A DNA stretch of 64,000 nt from Okamejei kenojei (Eukaryota): NCBI GenBank assembly GCA_035221665.1, contig CM069131.1, positions 27,280,001 through 27,344,000 of the forward strand, written 5' to 3'. Every line of letters begins with the position of its first letter. The stretch's first letter is position 1. Below, one piece after another: positions 1 to 11,569 of the stretch. The notes under the pieces are model-generated. The model did no database searches, had not been told where the DNA came from, and was given only the letters and a program-made list of their open reading frames with translations. A program made the translations under genes and the position numbers.

Positions 1-87
1 CTTTTTTCTTTCATGCTGCCCATCCATTTGGTGACTTCTTCCATTTCAACTTCCATCACAGACGCTGCATCTTCCTCGAATATAGGG
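1..87 (-). CDS. TMEM154: TMEM154 cytoplasmic-tail exon (runs to the window edge)
   Basis: Acceptor ttatttttcttcaaaAG precedes position 87. The phase-2 frame gives (S)PIFEEDAASVMEVEMEEVTKWMGSMKEK, matching the conserved TMEM154 motif PIFEEDTPSVMEIEMEELDKWM as I recall it from the human protein. Confidence 0.9.
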
Positions 88-560
88 CTTTTGAAGAAAA
101 ATAACAAATAAATATCTGTTGGTCAGTTTGAAAAAACAGGTCTTTGTAACTAAAACCGTAAAAACTGAAAATATTGTTAGCTAATTAAAAAACAATTCAC
201 ACCTTGAAAATCCTCAAGGCACAAATCTGGCACAGCCTCCCAGCCTCCAGAATCACTTTTGTCAACTGTCAAGTCTGTGAATGTCCAGGCCACAGCCTAG
301 TTGGACCATCATGAAACAGATATGTCTCTATTTTGCTAAGGCTTTCCGACACCGGGTGACAAGGGTGAAAAGGATGACATCCAGCCTGAGAAGACCTCAC
401 TGTCATGAGATCCATCTCTGTGTGTTGATTGGGTCAAGTGACAGCTTCCATCCATTCATGGACTTTTTACAGTCCTTCTGCCTGAATTACAGGAGGCGTC
501 CATCACAAGACATGTGGCTATCTGGAACAAACTAGTCACTTTGCATGCTTTAAGTAGCAG

Positions 561-1001
561 TTTAGTTTAGTTTAAAGATAAGGCGCCAAAGCACGCCCTT
601 CAGCCTACCAAGTCTGCGCCAGCAGCAATCCCCGCACACAAGCACTATCCCGTACACTTGGGACAATTTACAATTTTTACCAAAGCCAATTATCCAACAA
701 CATGTTGTTAAAGAAGGAACTGCAGATGCTGGAGAATCGAGGGTACACAAAAAGCTGGAGAAACTCAGCGGGTGCAGCAGCATCTAAGGAGCGAAGGAGA
801 TAGGCGACGTTTCGGGTCGAGGTCTCGACCCGAAACGTCGCCTATCTCCTTCGCTCCTTAGATGCTGCTGCACCCGCTGAGTCTATCCAACAACATGTAT
901 GTCTTTGGAGTGTGGGGGGAAACTGGAGCTCCCAGGGAAAACCCTCATAGTCATGGGGAGAACGTCTAAACACCATACAGACAGCACCCGTAGTCAGGAT
1001 T
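561..1001 (-). mobile_element. HE1-type V-SINE, interrupted by a Penelope-derived palindrome
   Basis: (CTAAA)n tail on the minus strand and a V-domain-like segment (gtatggtgtttagacgttctcccc). Same family as 42586-42885. Confidence 0.75.
706..883. mobile_element. Penelope-derived palindromic short element
   Basis: Perfect 59-bp inverted arms at 763-821 and 824-882. Flanked by the 15-bp direct repeat TATCCAACAACATGT (691-705, 884-898). The arm sequence matches the terminal repeat of the Penelope fragment at 6570-6660. Confidence 0.8.
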
Positions 1002-1849
1002 TATATTCTGTCCAGTGGATTTTAAATCATTCTTGGATTTAATCTGTGAGCTTTCTGCAAGACCCATGGTGCAAGCACACACAACACAAGTGAGATGTTA
1101 TCTATTTAATCAGCTCCTACCAGTTGAGGAAGGAAGTCCTTGAGCAACATAAACTCAAGCATTTAGAACAGTAAACATTCACTCCTGACAAAGCAAAGAA
1201 AGGTATGTCTCATGTGTTTGGTGACCATCAGACAAAGTCGATGGCAACATACAACTAGCATTTCCCATCATTTTTCCCTGAAACCAGCAGCAACTGGGGC
1301 ATTTTCATGCACACATAGTTTAATGTAGGAGCCCTAAGATTACTGTCAGTAATTCCACTGAATGATCTACATCATCCTCAATATAATCAAAAGTCACTAG
1401 AATTGCTGTGAATAGGTATAGGTTTATTTTTGTCATGTGCCGAGGCGCAGTGAAAAACGTTGAATTGCATGCTATTCAAACAGATGTACCGTACATAGAT
1501 ACAATTAGTTCAAACTTAAGTACAATAAATTAAGTTTAAACAATTAGTTCAAAGTTAAGTACAATAAATATTGTAATTAAATACAATAAATCCCATTACA
1601 ATGGGATGTAAATTGGATTTACATCCCATCTGTAAATAGTGATGGTGCAGAGTGCTTAGAGAATATAAGGTACTATTCTTCCTATGAAATACTATAAAAA
1701 TCTTGTGTTTAGTTATGTGAGACCTTTTTAATTGTTTACTAAGCATAAATACTACTTAACAAACTATTAAATGACCCTCACACGATTATTTCAAATTATT
1801 AGGCATTTTATAAAGTGGCAGTGTATTTTAATGCACTGTGAAATTCCTA

Positions 1850-3320
1850 ACCTGGTTTGCAACACCTCAGACTTATCTACATTAAACTCCATTAACAACT
1901 CCTCAGCCCACCTCCCCAACTGATCAAGGTCCTGCTGATAACAATGTTAGCTATCGACGATACTCCCCACTTTGGTGTCATCTACAAACTTCATGTCTTG
2001 TACATTCTCTTCCAAATTATTGATATAAACCACAAGCATCAATGGTCCCAGCACCGGTCCTGTGGCACACCCCAGTCAGGCCTCCAGTCCAAAAAATAGT
2101 CTTCCACGATCACTCTCCGCTTCCTTCCGTGAAACCAATTCTCCATTCAGCCACCTAACTCTCTCTGGATCTCATACAATCTAATGTTCCAGCGCAGCCT
2201 ACCATGCGGAACCTTATCAGATGCCTTGCTGAAGTCCATATAGACAACATCTCGAGCTTTGCCCTCATTAACCTTTTCGGTTACGTCTTCAAAAACGTAA
2301 TAAGATTTGTTAGACAAGAACTCTTATGTATAAAACCATGCTAACTATCCTTAGTCAGCCCCTGTCTATCCAAATGCATATAGAAACATAGAAAAATAGG
2401 TGCAAGAGGAGGCCATTTGGCCCTTCGAGCCAGCACCACCATTCAATATGATCATGGCTGATCATCTAAAATCAGTACTCCGTTCCTGTTTTTCCCCATA
2501 TCCCTTGATTCCTTTAGCCCTACGAGCTAAATCTAACTATTTCCTGAAAACATTCAGTGAATTGGCCACTACTGTCTTTTGTGGCAGAGAATTCCACAGA
2601 TTCACAACTCTCTGGGTGACAACGTTTTTTCTCATCTCAGTCCTAAATGGCCTACCCCTTGTGACCCAATGCCTCGTCCCTCAGAATCCTCTCCAGTAAC
2701 TTGCCTACCACACATGCGAGGCTCACTGGTCTATAGTTCCCAGGCTTTTCCTTGCAACCCCTCTTAAACAGAAGCATAACATTAGCACCACACCAGTCCT
2801 CCGGCACCTCACCCATGTTTCAGGTTTCTATTAAATATTCCCCCTCCGCCCTCACCTTAAACCTATATCCTCTGGTTCCCGATTCCCCTACCCTGTGTAA
2901 AACACTCCATGCATTCACCCTATCAATTCCCTTCATGATTTTATACACCTCTATAAGATCACCCCTTAGCCTCCTATGTTCCAAAGAATAAAAGTTTAGC
3001 CTGCCCAACCTCTCCCTATAGCCCAGGCCCAATGATTCCTGGCAAATTCCTGCACTCTTTCCTGCTGAATGACATTCTTCCTACAGCAGAGCGACCAAAA
3101 CAGAACATAATACTCCAAACGCAGCCTCACCTTGTACAATAATATCATAATATCGCAACTTCTGGACTCAATACCCTAACTGATGAAGCCCAATGTGCCA
3201 AACACTTTCCTGACCACTCTATCTACCTATGATGCCACTTTCAGGGAATTGTGTACCTGTACTTCTAGATCCCTCTGCTCTACAACGCTCCCTGGGGACC
3301 TACCATTCACTGTAAAGGTT
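1850..3320 (-). mobile_element. Cluster of CR1/HER1-type LINE fragments
   Basis: ORF 2820-3032 (GYRERLGRLNFYSLEHRRLRGDLIEVYKIMKGIDRV) is the CR1 ORF2 C-terminus. An ATAGAAAC-type tail is near 2380. Confidence 0.85.
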
Positions 3321-4448
3321 TAAAATCTGAATCCCTGCCCCCTGCACCAAGTCTTCAGCCAACCTGTCCTCTATACCTGTATTTACCCTTACTAGCACAT
3401 ATCACCGGGAGCATTTCTGAGATTCCAACCCTGGAAGACCTGCACTTCTGCCGAGCTCCCTGTATTCATTCCACAGGACCTCATTCATTTTGCACCAAAA
3501 TCTGGATACATTACGATAAATTAACACAGTTTAAAGCCTGAACATTTCTACCAACTGATAACAGTTTGAAGGAGAGCTAAACTCAAATAGTTATTTCACA
3601 TTGAAGCTCATCTTCAAGTCTCTGGCATGGACATTGATGAACAGTTAGCATGCACTGACATGTCAAATAGAAGAACTGATTACATTTCAATGGATGTGAT
3701 TAACAGCAGCCTCTTGATTCAGATATGTGCGAGACAGGACTGCTAGGTTGGTTCTTATCTGTTTAAAGTGCACTTACAGAAGCAGCTGTGTTTATGGCAT
3801 GTATCTAACTTGCAGCATTAAGGTGGCCAGACTCACTGGCCACTCACCTAGCTGGCAACATTGCAACCGTGCCACACTGGTCTGTTGACTGTCCGCTGGT
3901 CCCTCGCTGTGCCACAGATGATGAGGAGTGTCCCTGCTCTAGCAACAGCAGGAAACCACCAGTGGCGGTGATCCAGGGCCCCCAGCGCATGCCAGTGCAG
4001 CTGACTGGCAAATATCCTCAAAATGAGCAAGAGCCTAAGCAGGAGCTCAGTGCGGTGGGGGGTGGGGTAGGAGAATGTGGGAGGCTGCATTTAATATTTT
4101 TACTTTAATCATCCTTTTATTCATATTTCTAGCAGAATCCACCTCCTGTCCCAAGGATATTGCACATTAGGGCAAGAAGGCAAGAGCAAGAAAGCATCCT
4201 TCCTCTCCGCTCTTCTGAGCGTCCTGCGCATCCCACGATGGAGTCTGAACAAATTAACATTCATGAAAGAAGAAAGCAGAGATCAGGCCTCGTTTTCCCT
4301 GGCTCACTGCTCTGAGGTTTTTGATCTACAGCACTCAAAAACAGTTCAATCAAAGAGCTGCAAATGGCGATGTAGATGTCACTTCACTGAATCCATGCAC
4401 GACGCAGAGTATTTCTCATTATAAGACCACTGACTGGCGCTAGTTTCT

Positions 4449-4672
4449 GCCGGGGAGCATAAATGTAAGCACGTGGAGTATGGGGAATGGGGAGCCGGGG
4501 AGCATAAATGTAAGCACGTGGAGTATGGGGAATGGGGAGCCAGGGAGCATAAATGTAAGCACGTGGAGTATGGGGAATGGGGAGCCGGGGAGCATAAATG
4601 TAAGCACGTGGAGTATGGGGAATGGGGAGCCAGGGAGCATAAATGTAAGCACGTGGAGTATGGGGAATGGGG
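4449..4672. repeat. 45-bp minisatellite, 5 units, in a TMEM154 intron
   Basis: Unit gcc(g/a)gggagcataaatgtaagcacgtggagtatggggaatgggga. AGCAT recurs at 4456, 4501, 4546, 4591 and 4636. Confidence 0.95.
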
Positions 4673-5829
4673 ATTTGGGTTGGGTGGTGGAGGGATGATT
4701 GTTGGTGGCAGAGAAATAGGTGCTAGGGAGTGTCATAGAAACGCGACAATAAATGTCACCTTGTAAAATTAAAAAGAAAATAAACCAGATGTGCCATGCC
4801 ATTTCATTTGGTTTTCATTACCGATTCACATCCTGAGGAAAAGGGAGGATTATTTTCATACTTATCCTCAACTGAAGATTATATTTCCCTCAACTAATAT
4901 ACCTCGCATCCCAGTACTCAGCATGTAAAAGGGGGGGCAGGGAGGGGCAGTGCTTTGAGACCATTTAACATAGATTCACTCTGCTCTTTCACCCGAGGTA
5001 AATAAAGTAAGATCAGGGGAGGGGAGGGGGGAGGGGGGGGGGGAACATGAGGCCTGCTTCCCAGAACTGTGGAGCAAAAGGGTGTGAGGGGAGGAGAGGG
5101 GGGTGCTGTTCAGAAAGGATATCCGGAGGGTTGGAAGGATGATCGAGGATGAGTGTGGGATGTCAGATCGATTAGGGCAACTGCTGGACAGATGTGGTGG
5201 GTTGGAATTGAATTCCAAGACTTGTGTAAAGGCTGAATAATATAACACTGGTTTCTTCCTGCCAGGCTGGAGATTATTTTAGGACCTGCACTTCCTGCCG
5301 ACAAAGATCCCAAAACGATGAGGAAGAGAGTTCAACTCATCTCCTTCATTTATCCAGAGCAACATTAAAGCTTCCCTTCAACTCTGAACCATCCATTTCA
5401 TTCCTAAATGATTCCAGGTTTTGTCGTCAGGAATTTATCCAGGAAACGTATTCTTAATATTATTGAATTATTTCAGATAATATTCCGTGAAACAAAACTT
5501 GTCATCAGTTGTAATTTTACCTGTTATCATTTAAAACCTGTGCCTCTACTTCCTCTATCAAGTTTGACTTTGTGTAATTATCCAATTGTTGGAATATGAA
5601 AGTATCTCTGTCTAATAGCAGCACAAATACTTTCGACCATTTACACCCAGCAACATTTCAAAGTGAAAAAAACCATCCAGAAACATAAAGACATTCACAT
5701 TAAGATGAAATGCTTTTGAAAAATGTCGTGTTTTCCTCTTAAAGCCTGTCCCAGCTAGCTTCAGAAACAATTTCAGTTTATATAAGTTTATTTAATTGTG
5801 TTTAAAAGAATGCATTAGAAACCTCATAC

Positions 5830-5866
5830 CTTGTTGGAATTTCACAGCTAACATCATTATATTTTC
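5830..5866 (-). CDS. TMEM154: TMEM154 short 37-nt juxtamembrane exon
   Basis: Acceptor cttctttttcacAG and donor GTatga. Phase 1 to phase 2, encoding (R)KYNDVSCEIPT(S), links the TM exon in frame to the PIFEED exon. Confidence 0.8.
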
Positions 5867-6049
5867 CTGTGAAAAAGAAGTAAATGCATGTTGAAACACA
5901 TTTCCACGCAAATTTTCTGAAATCTGGAGATACTTCACAACATTTCTTAGCAATCACTCTATTGTGAGTCAATATTTCAATTATTATTTAATATGAAATA
6001 AACCCAACACACTGGTAGCGGCCTGCTCCTCACTGCATTCTGAAACTTA

Positions 6050-6665
6050 CCATCGGTCCGCCAAGGCCTACTGCATCTCCCAGTTGTTAACCACTTTGAC
6101 TCCCCTTCCCATTTCCATACTGACTTCCTGTCCTGGGCTTCTTCCATTGCCAGACTTAGGCCACATGCAAACTGGAGCAACAGCACCTCATTTTCTGCTT
6201 TTGTAGCTTACAAGCCAATGGAACATTGAAATCTATCAACTTCCCCCGCACACTCCCCCCGCACACTCTAGCAACTTCCCCGCACACTCCCATTTTTCCC
6301 CCCACACCGCTCTTTTAGGTAACTTCTAGAAACACCTCTCTTCCCCCCCTCCGCCCACTAAAAATCTGTTAACCAGCTTCCTAGATCACAACCTTGTATT
6401 CCTCTCGGGCTCATATACTTGTTTCTATCTCTTGCCTTTGTCCAACTATCTGCCTATCAAAAGCACCTCGTCTGAGATCAACTGTTGCTGGCCACGTTTC
6501 ATCCAGCCTCTTTTCGCTTCTCTTTTTTTTCCCCACTGTCCCTACTACAAATAAATCCTTAAAAAGGATCTGAAGATGGGGCACGGCCCAAAACGTCACA
6601 TATATTTTCTCCAGAGATGCTGCCTGACCCGCTGAGGTACTTCAGCATTTTGTGTCTATCTTTTT
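6050..6665 (+). mobile_element. Penelope-like element 3' fragment (GIY-YIG endonuclease end plus terminal repeat with decayed hammerhead motif)
   Basis: Degenerate frame SVRQGLLHLPVVNHFDSPSH...CKLEQQHLIFCF..LQANG is typical of the PLE GIY-YIG C-terminus. It is followed by a C/T-rich UTR and CTGAAGA-TGGG..CCC-AAAACGTC at about 6570-6598. Confidence 0.75.
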
Positions 6666-7016
6666 ATGCTAATTTTTCATCAGACACAAATTCTAAATGT
6701 GATATTTTTCCAATGTGCTAGATTTCTCGTGAGATTGTTTGAGTGTGTCAAAGCAGTAATGAAAGTAAAATAACTTCCATTCTGCTATGGCACACTGGAC
6801 AGGGAACAAGTAGGATTATATTGGCCATTGTTCCTAGAAATTGGCTTCAAATTAAAGTAAATTTAATTACCCCCATGGTATCTCAGAGCATGCAACCTTG
6901 CCCACAGTCATCTGATTGGTTCTTCTTTACAGGCCAACTAGTTTGTTGGCTCCTTGATATTTATTTCAAGACAATACTGCTTGAACAAATCAGCAAAACA
7001 AAATTTTGTTGCTTAC

Positions 7017-7436
7017 TTTGTCTTTTCCCAGAGGAACAAGTCAGCGCAATGGCAATAATTAAACCAATCAGAAAAAGTATCAGAATTGGTAGCAGAATTA
7101 TCCCAATTAATTTTGGGTTATTCAAATTGATCTTCGTAGTATTTCCCGGTGATGAGTAAATGACCAATCCATATGTAGAATTTTCAGTTCTTTTCCAGAG
7201 ATGTTCAATTGCCTTTGTGATAGGATTTGCAATATCTTCGTTGCGGACATCTTCCAGAATGATTGTTGCTGATGAACTTTGTGAAGTTGTTGGTGACGCC
7301 TTACTGCTTGGTTGTGATGTCGGACAATTGTGGGTACAGGGACCATGGGGTGTAATAGCAGTATCTGTTTCGTATTCATCCGTCTGAGTTGCCTGAATCA
7401 TTGATGTAGCGGTTCCAGTTTTTCCTAATGAATAGC
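7017..7436 (-). CDS. TMEM154: TMEM154 exon encoding the Ser/Thr-rich ectodomain and transmembrane helix
   Basis: Acceptor ctctgattcatttcaacAG before 7436 and donor GTaagc after 7017. The exon is 420 nt, phase 1 to 1, stop-free, and contains LIGIILLPILILFLIGLIIAIALTC followed by the basic KRQ. Confidence 0.85.
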
Positions 7437-8000
7437 CTGTTGAAATGAATCAGAGGATTAAGAATCAATTACATATACATAATACATGAAGTTTATGAAG
7501 TCGCAGCTCCTCCAGAGTACTTGTAAGGAGCTCAGCAATCTTTACCATCCTCTCCATCACCAGTCCCTGCCCCATTCCTGTCACTTTCTCACCCTCCGAC
7601 TGCTCAAGGATTTATCCTGTCAAAGAATAATACAAATGGAATTTGCACATGCCACTGCTATTGCTTTGAAATTCTTCTCATCTGCTCGTCATTCATGGCC
7701 CTATTTATAGCTCATCCCCAAGATCACCCAGGTTTGATCCGATCAGAGACATACACCTTCCCCACCTTCCCTGCAGTTAAACAGGCTTCTTTCTAGTTGT
7801 GATTAAGGGTCAGATTTGAAACATTAAGTTTCTCTTTCCACAGATGTAATCTGACCTGCTGAGTGCCTCCAGTGTTTTCTGTTTTTGTTTCTCTCTGCCA
7901 CTCCAACGCGTCCTTGGTTTTAATCCACTGTGCTCAATGGATTACAAGCCTTTCCAAACTTTTATTTTGTTGAATCTGTTTTACACAACCCCAGGATTAT

Positions 8001-9312
8001 GCCCCTCTCCCACTTAGGAAACCTGAACCAAAACCTCTGGAGACCTTGCGCCCCATCCAAGGTTTCCCTGAGGTTCCCGGAGGTTCCGGTCACTCTCCAT
8101 GAGTCACCAGAGGTTTTGGTCACTTGCCTGGAAAGCCTCGACCGAAGCTGGAGCTGCATCTACTGACCAAAGATCCTATAGGATCTTTCCAACCGACCGC
8201 ACACACACACAAACACATCGCGAAGGTGGGGGCCAGGGACAGCGGAGGAGTGCTGTTAGATTAGATTAGATTATCCTTTATTGTCATTCAGACCTTTCGG
8301 TCTGAACGAAATTTCATTACCTTGCAGTCATAACATATAATAAAAAACAAAACACACAATAAACATATATTTAACATCCACCACAGTGAGTTCACCAGGC
8401 ACCTCCTCACTGTGGTGGAAGGCAAAAGTCTTAGAGTCTCTGTCTTCTTCCCTCCTTGTTCTCCCTCTGCGCTGAGGAGATCCAGGCCTCCGATGCTGCC
8501 ATCCAGCAGGCCCCCGGCCGAGCCTCCGAAGCCGGGCTGCCGCCACTGCCGTCGCCGGAGTGCCGGAACTCCACCACAGGGCCCCCCGCTGGAACGCTGG
8601 AGCACCGCAGCTCCAAAGCCAGGTCGCCGCTGGAATGTCACTGGAGCACCACAGCCTCGAAGCCAGGTCGCCGCTGGAGCACCGCAGCCTCGAAAGGCAG
8701 GTCGCCGCTGGAGCACCCGCAGCCCCGAAAGCCAGGTCGCTGCTGGAGCACCGCAGATGAAGAGGAATGTAAATGGCTGCCACAGAGCACAGTAAGTCCT
8801 TTAGAGAGCGTGGGAGGGAGGGAGGGAAGGAGAGAGAAAGAGGGAGAAAGGGAGAGAGAAGGGGAAGAGAAGGGGAGAGAGAAGGGGAGAGAAGAAGAGA
8901 GAACGGGAGAGAAGGGGGGAGAAGGGGAAAGAACGGGGGGGGGGGGTGGGAGAAGGAGTGGAGATAGTTTTAAGAAGTTTAATAAAGTTAGCGGGCATTT
9001 TACCTTCCGGCGATCTTCTAGGCCCTGAAAACCAAAGATCCTACAGGATCTTTGCTGAAAACTCCAATGAGCCAATTAAAATGGCCGTTCAGTAAAGGAG
9101 ATTGCCTTCGACTGCCTGTAAGTAAATAGCAACCCCACTCCACTGGCTTCGACCAAACGGCAACCTATTTTTAGTCGAGGCCGTTTTTTGTGTTATTTTT
9201 AATAATCGCTGGAACATAGAAGAAGCCTCGACTATGCGGAAACCACTTTCTACCATTAGGGAGAGTGACCAAAACTTCCGGGAACCTCACGGAAACCTTG
9301 GGTGGGGCGCAA
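8001..9312. mobile_element. Non-autonomous DNA transposon (Harbinger/PIF-like MITE), right tip truncated
   Basis: Long inverted repeats at 8046-8098 (ttgcgccccatccaaggtttccctgaggttcccgg...ggtcactctcc) and 9260-9312. The left terminus gcccctctcccactt resembles Harbinger-type ends. Superfamily assignment is inferred. Confidence 0.6.
8256..8790 (-). mobile_element. Non-autonomous retroposon nested in the MITE, with a GC-rich ~34-bp internal tandem repeat
   Basis: (ATCTA)n tail and AATAAA on the minus strand. Shares aacatccaccacagtg..ctcactgtg(g/a)tggaaggcaa with 38531-39338. Internal repeats ctggagcaccgcagc..aaagccaggtcgccg at 8590-8755. Confidence 0.6.
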
Positions 9313-10606
9313 TATCAATATTTGAGTGATTTTAGTATGAATTTTCCTTAGTCGTTTATCTTATTTCAAAAGATTGGTTTTCTTTTCCGCTGGTAATTTA
9401 AATCCTATCCATTTCTTGAAAAAGAGAAATAAATTGGGAGTTGAGTGGGAGATCTCTACATATGCGCATGTGTGTGTGTGTGTATCAATGTGTCAGGATC
9501 CTCATGGAGAATTCCAACAGTTGAGCGACAGTATATTGCTCCACTGTCACAGCCTAGAAGCTCACATGCTCTGTCTGAGCTCACTGTTATGATTGAGACA
9601 CAATAGACAGGAATTGTCCAGCATAAAGAACAAACCAATGGACAAACCAACTTCCAAAAGGACAAATCAGAACATGGGGACACTACAGTATCTTCATGAG
9701 TTGTATCTATTATGAATCGAGCTTGTTTAGGATTGTAGCAACTGCCCTGTGGAAAAAAGTGAATGTCCCATGCCCTCTGGCTCAATCTAATACAAAAACA
9801 GCACCCTGTGGTCATCAGTACATAGACTTCAACTCTGGAACCTCTGAAGACCAAGGAGGATCTTGAAACAAAAGCTCTAGTCAGGATCCAGAGGCAGACA
9901 AACTGGCCCTTTTGGGCAACTTCAGTGGTGGGGTTGGAAAGGCTGCAGCCATGTGTAAAACGGAGTCTGGAAGCAGATATGTAAAGTACTGTTAACACTG
10001 AGTCATAGAACTTCATAATAAGCACTTTAATAAGAATACATACAGAGACCATAACAACAGGTACTGTAGACTCAAAGTCCTAGCTCAAACTGCAAGCATG
10101 ATTGCTTACATTCCACAGGATGGCATGATGGAAACCCGACATGGATTAGGGATCGGGTCCTAAATAGCAAAACCAGACATGGATCAAATCAGCAATAGTG
10201 ATTGATTTGCAGCAGACTCCAACAGCATCCTCCTTGGAATATGGCCTTACTATAACTAACACCCTGGTCGACTCGTGGGAGAGTCACAGACAAGGAGATG
10301 CAGCAGCAAAATAAGTGACTAGTTACAAACAACTAAGGTTCATAGGAATTTCCTTTCCCAGAGAGTGGTGAATTTCTGCAATAGTCTGCCCCCAAGGGAA
10401 GTAGAGGACAGAGCATTCGGTATTTTGAAGTTGTAGATAGATAAATATTTTAAAGATAAAGGAGTTGAGGTTGTGAAGAACTGGGTTGTGAAGAACTGGG
10501 GCTCAGTAGAAGAGTTGAGGAACTACCATCACTGCATAGAGCAACTACAATCATAATGTTTGAGGGGTCCAGTGCCTTGCTTCTATTTTCTTGTGATCTG
10601 GTGTTT

Positions 10607-11521
10607 TAGAAACATAGAAACATTGAAAATAGGTGCAGGAGGAGGCCATTCGAGCCAGCACCACCATTCATTGTGATCATGGCTGATCGTCCCCTATCAA
10701 TAACCCGTGCCTGCCTTCTCCCCGTATCCCTCGACTCCACTAGCCCCTAGAGCTCTATCTAACTCTCTCTTAAATCCATCCAGTGACTTAGCCTCCACTG
10801 CCTTCTGTGGCAGGGAATACCATAAATTCACAACTCTCTGGGTGAAAAAGTTTTTTCTCACCTCAGTCTTAAATGACCTCCCCTTTATTCTAAGACTGTG
10901 GCCCCTGGTTCTGGACTCGCCCTGCATTGGGAACATTTTTCCTGCATCTAGCTTGTCCAGTCCTTTTATAATTTTATATGTTTCTATAAGATCCCCCCTC
11001 ATCATTCTAAACTCCAGTGAATAAAAGCCTAGTCTTTTCAATCTTTCCTCATATGGCACTCCCGCCATCCCAGGGATCAATCTCGTGAACCTACGCTGCA
11101 CTGCTTCAATCACAAGGATGTCCTTCCTCAAATTAGGATACCAAAACTGTACACAATACTCCAGATGTGGTCTCACCAGAGCCCTATACAACTGCAGAAG
11201 AACCTCTTTACTCCTATACTGAAATCCTCTTGTTATGAAGGCCAGCATTCCATTAGCTTTCTTCACATCCTGCTGTACCTGTAAGCCAACTTTCAGTGAC
11301 TGGTGTGCAAGGACGCCCAGGTCTCGCTGCACCTCCCCCTTACCTAACCTAACCCCATTGAGATAATGATCTGCCCTCTTGTTTTTTGCCACCAAAGTGG
11401 ATAACCTCACATTTATCTATATTATACTTCATCTGCCACGCATATGCCCACTCACTCAACCTGTCCAGGTCACCCTGCAACCTCCTAAGATCCTCTTCAC
11501 AGTTCACACTGCCACCCAGCC
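10607..11521 (-). mobile_element. CR1/HER1-type LINE, 5'-truncated, relatively young
   Basis: The 237-aa ORF 10697-11410 contains the CR1 RT C-terminus (QLYRALVRPHLEYCVQFW, RGDLIETYKI, RGHSLRI). (TTTCTATG)n-type tail at 10607-10630. Confidence 0.92.
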
Positions 11522-11569
11522 TTTCTTGTGTTTTGTCAGAGAAACAAGCATGAGGCCTCTTGGCAGCAC

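Noticed and set aside
4117-4244. Possible extra TMEM154 exon after ttaatttgttcAG
   Set aside because: No convincing donor, an in-frame stop follows, and the 5830 exon already splices in frame to the exon at 87.
4449-4672. Regular repeats resembling a CRISPR array or a repeat protein (also 54017-54282 and 21422-21557)
   Set aside because: The units are head-to-tail with no unique spacers, there are no cas genes, and the context is eukaryotic. The ORFs are by-products of unit lengths divisible by three or of GC content.
8288-9075. Stack of overlapping 125-190 aa ORFs
   Set aside because: They derive from GC-rich tandem repeats and a purine tract within nested transposons.
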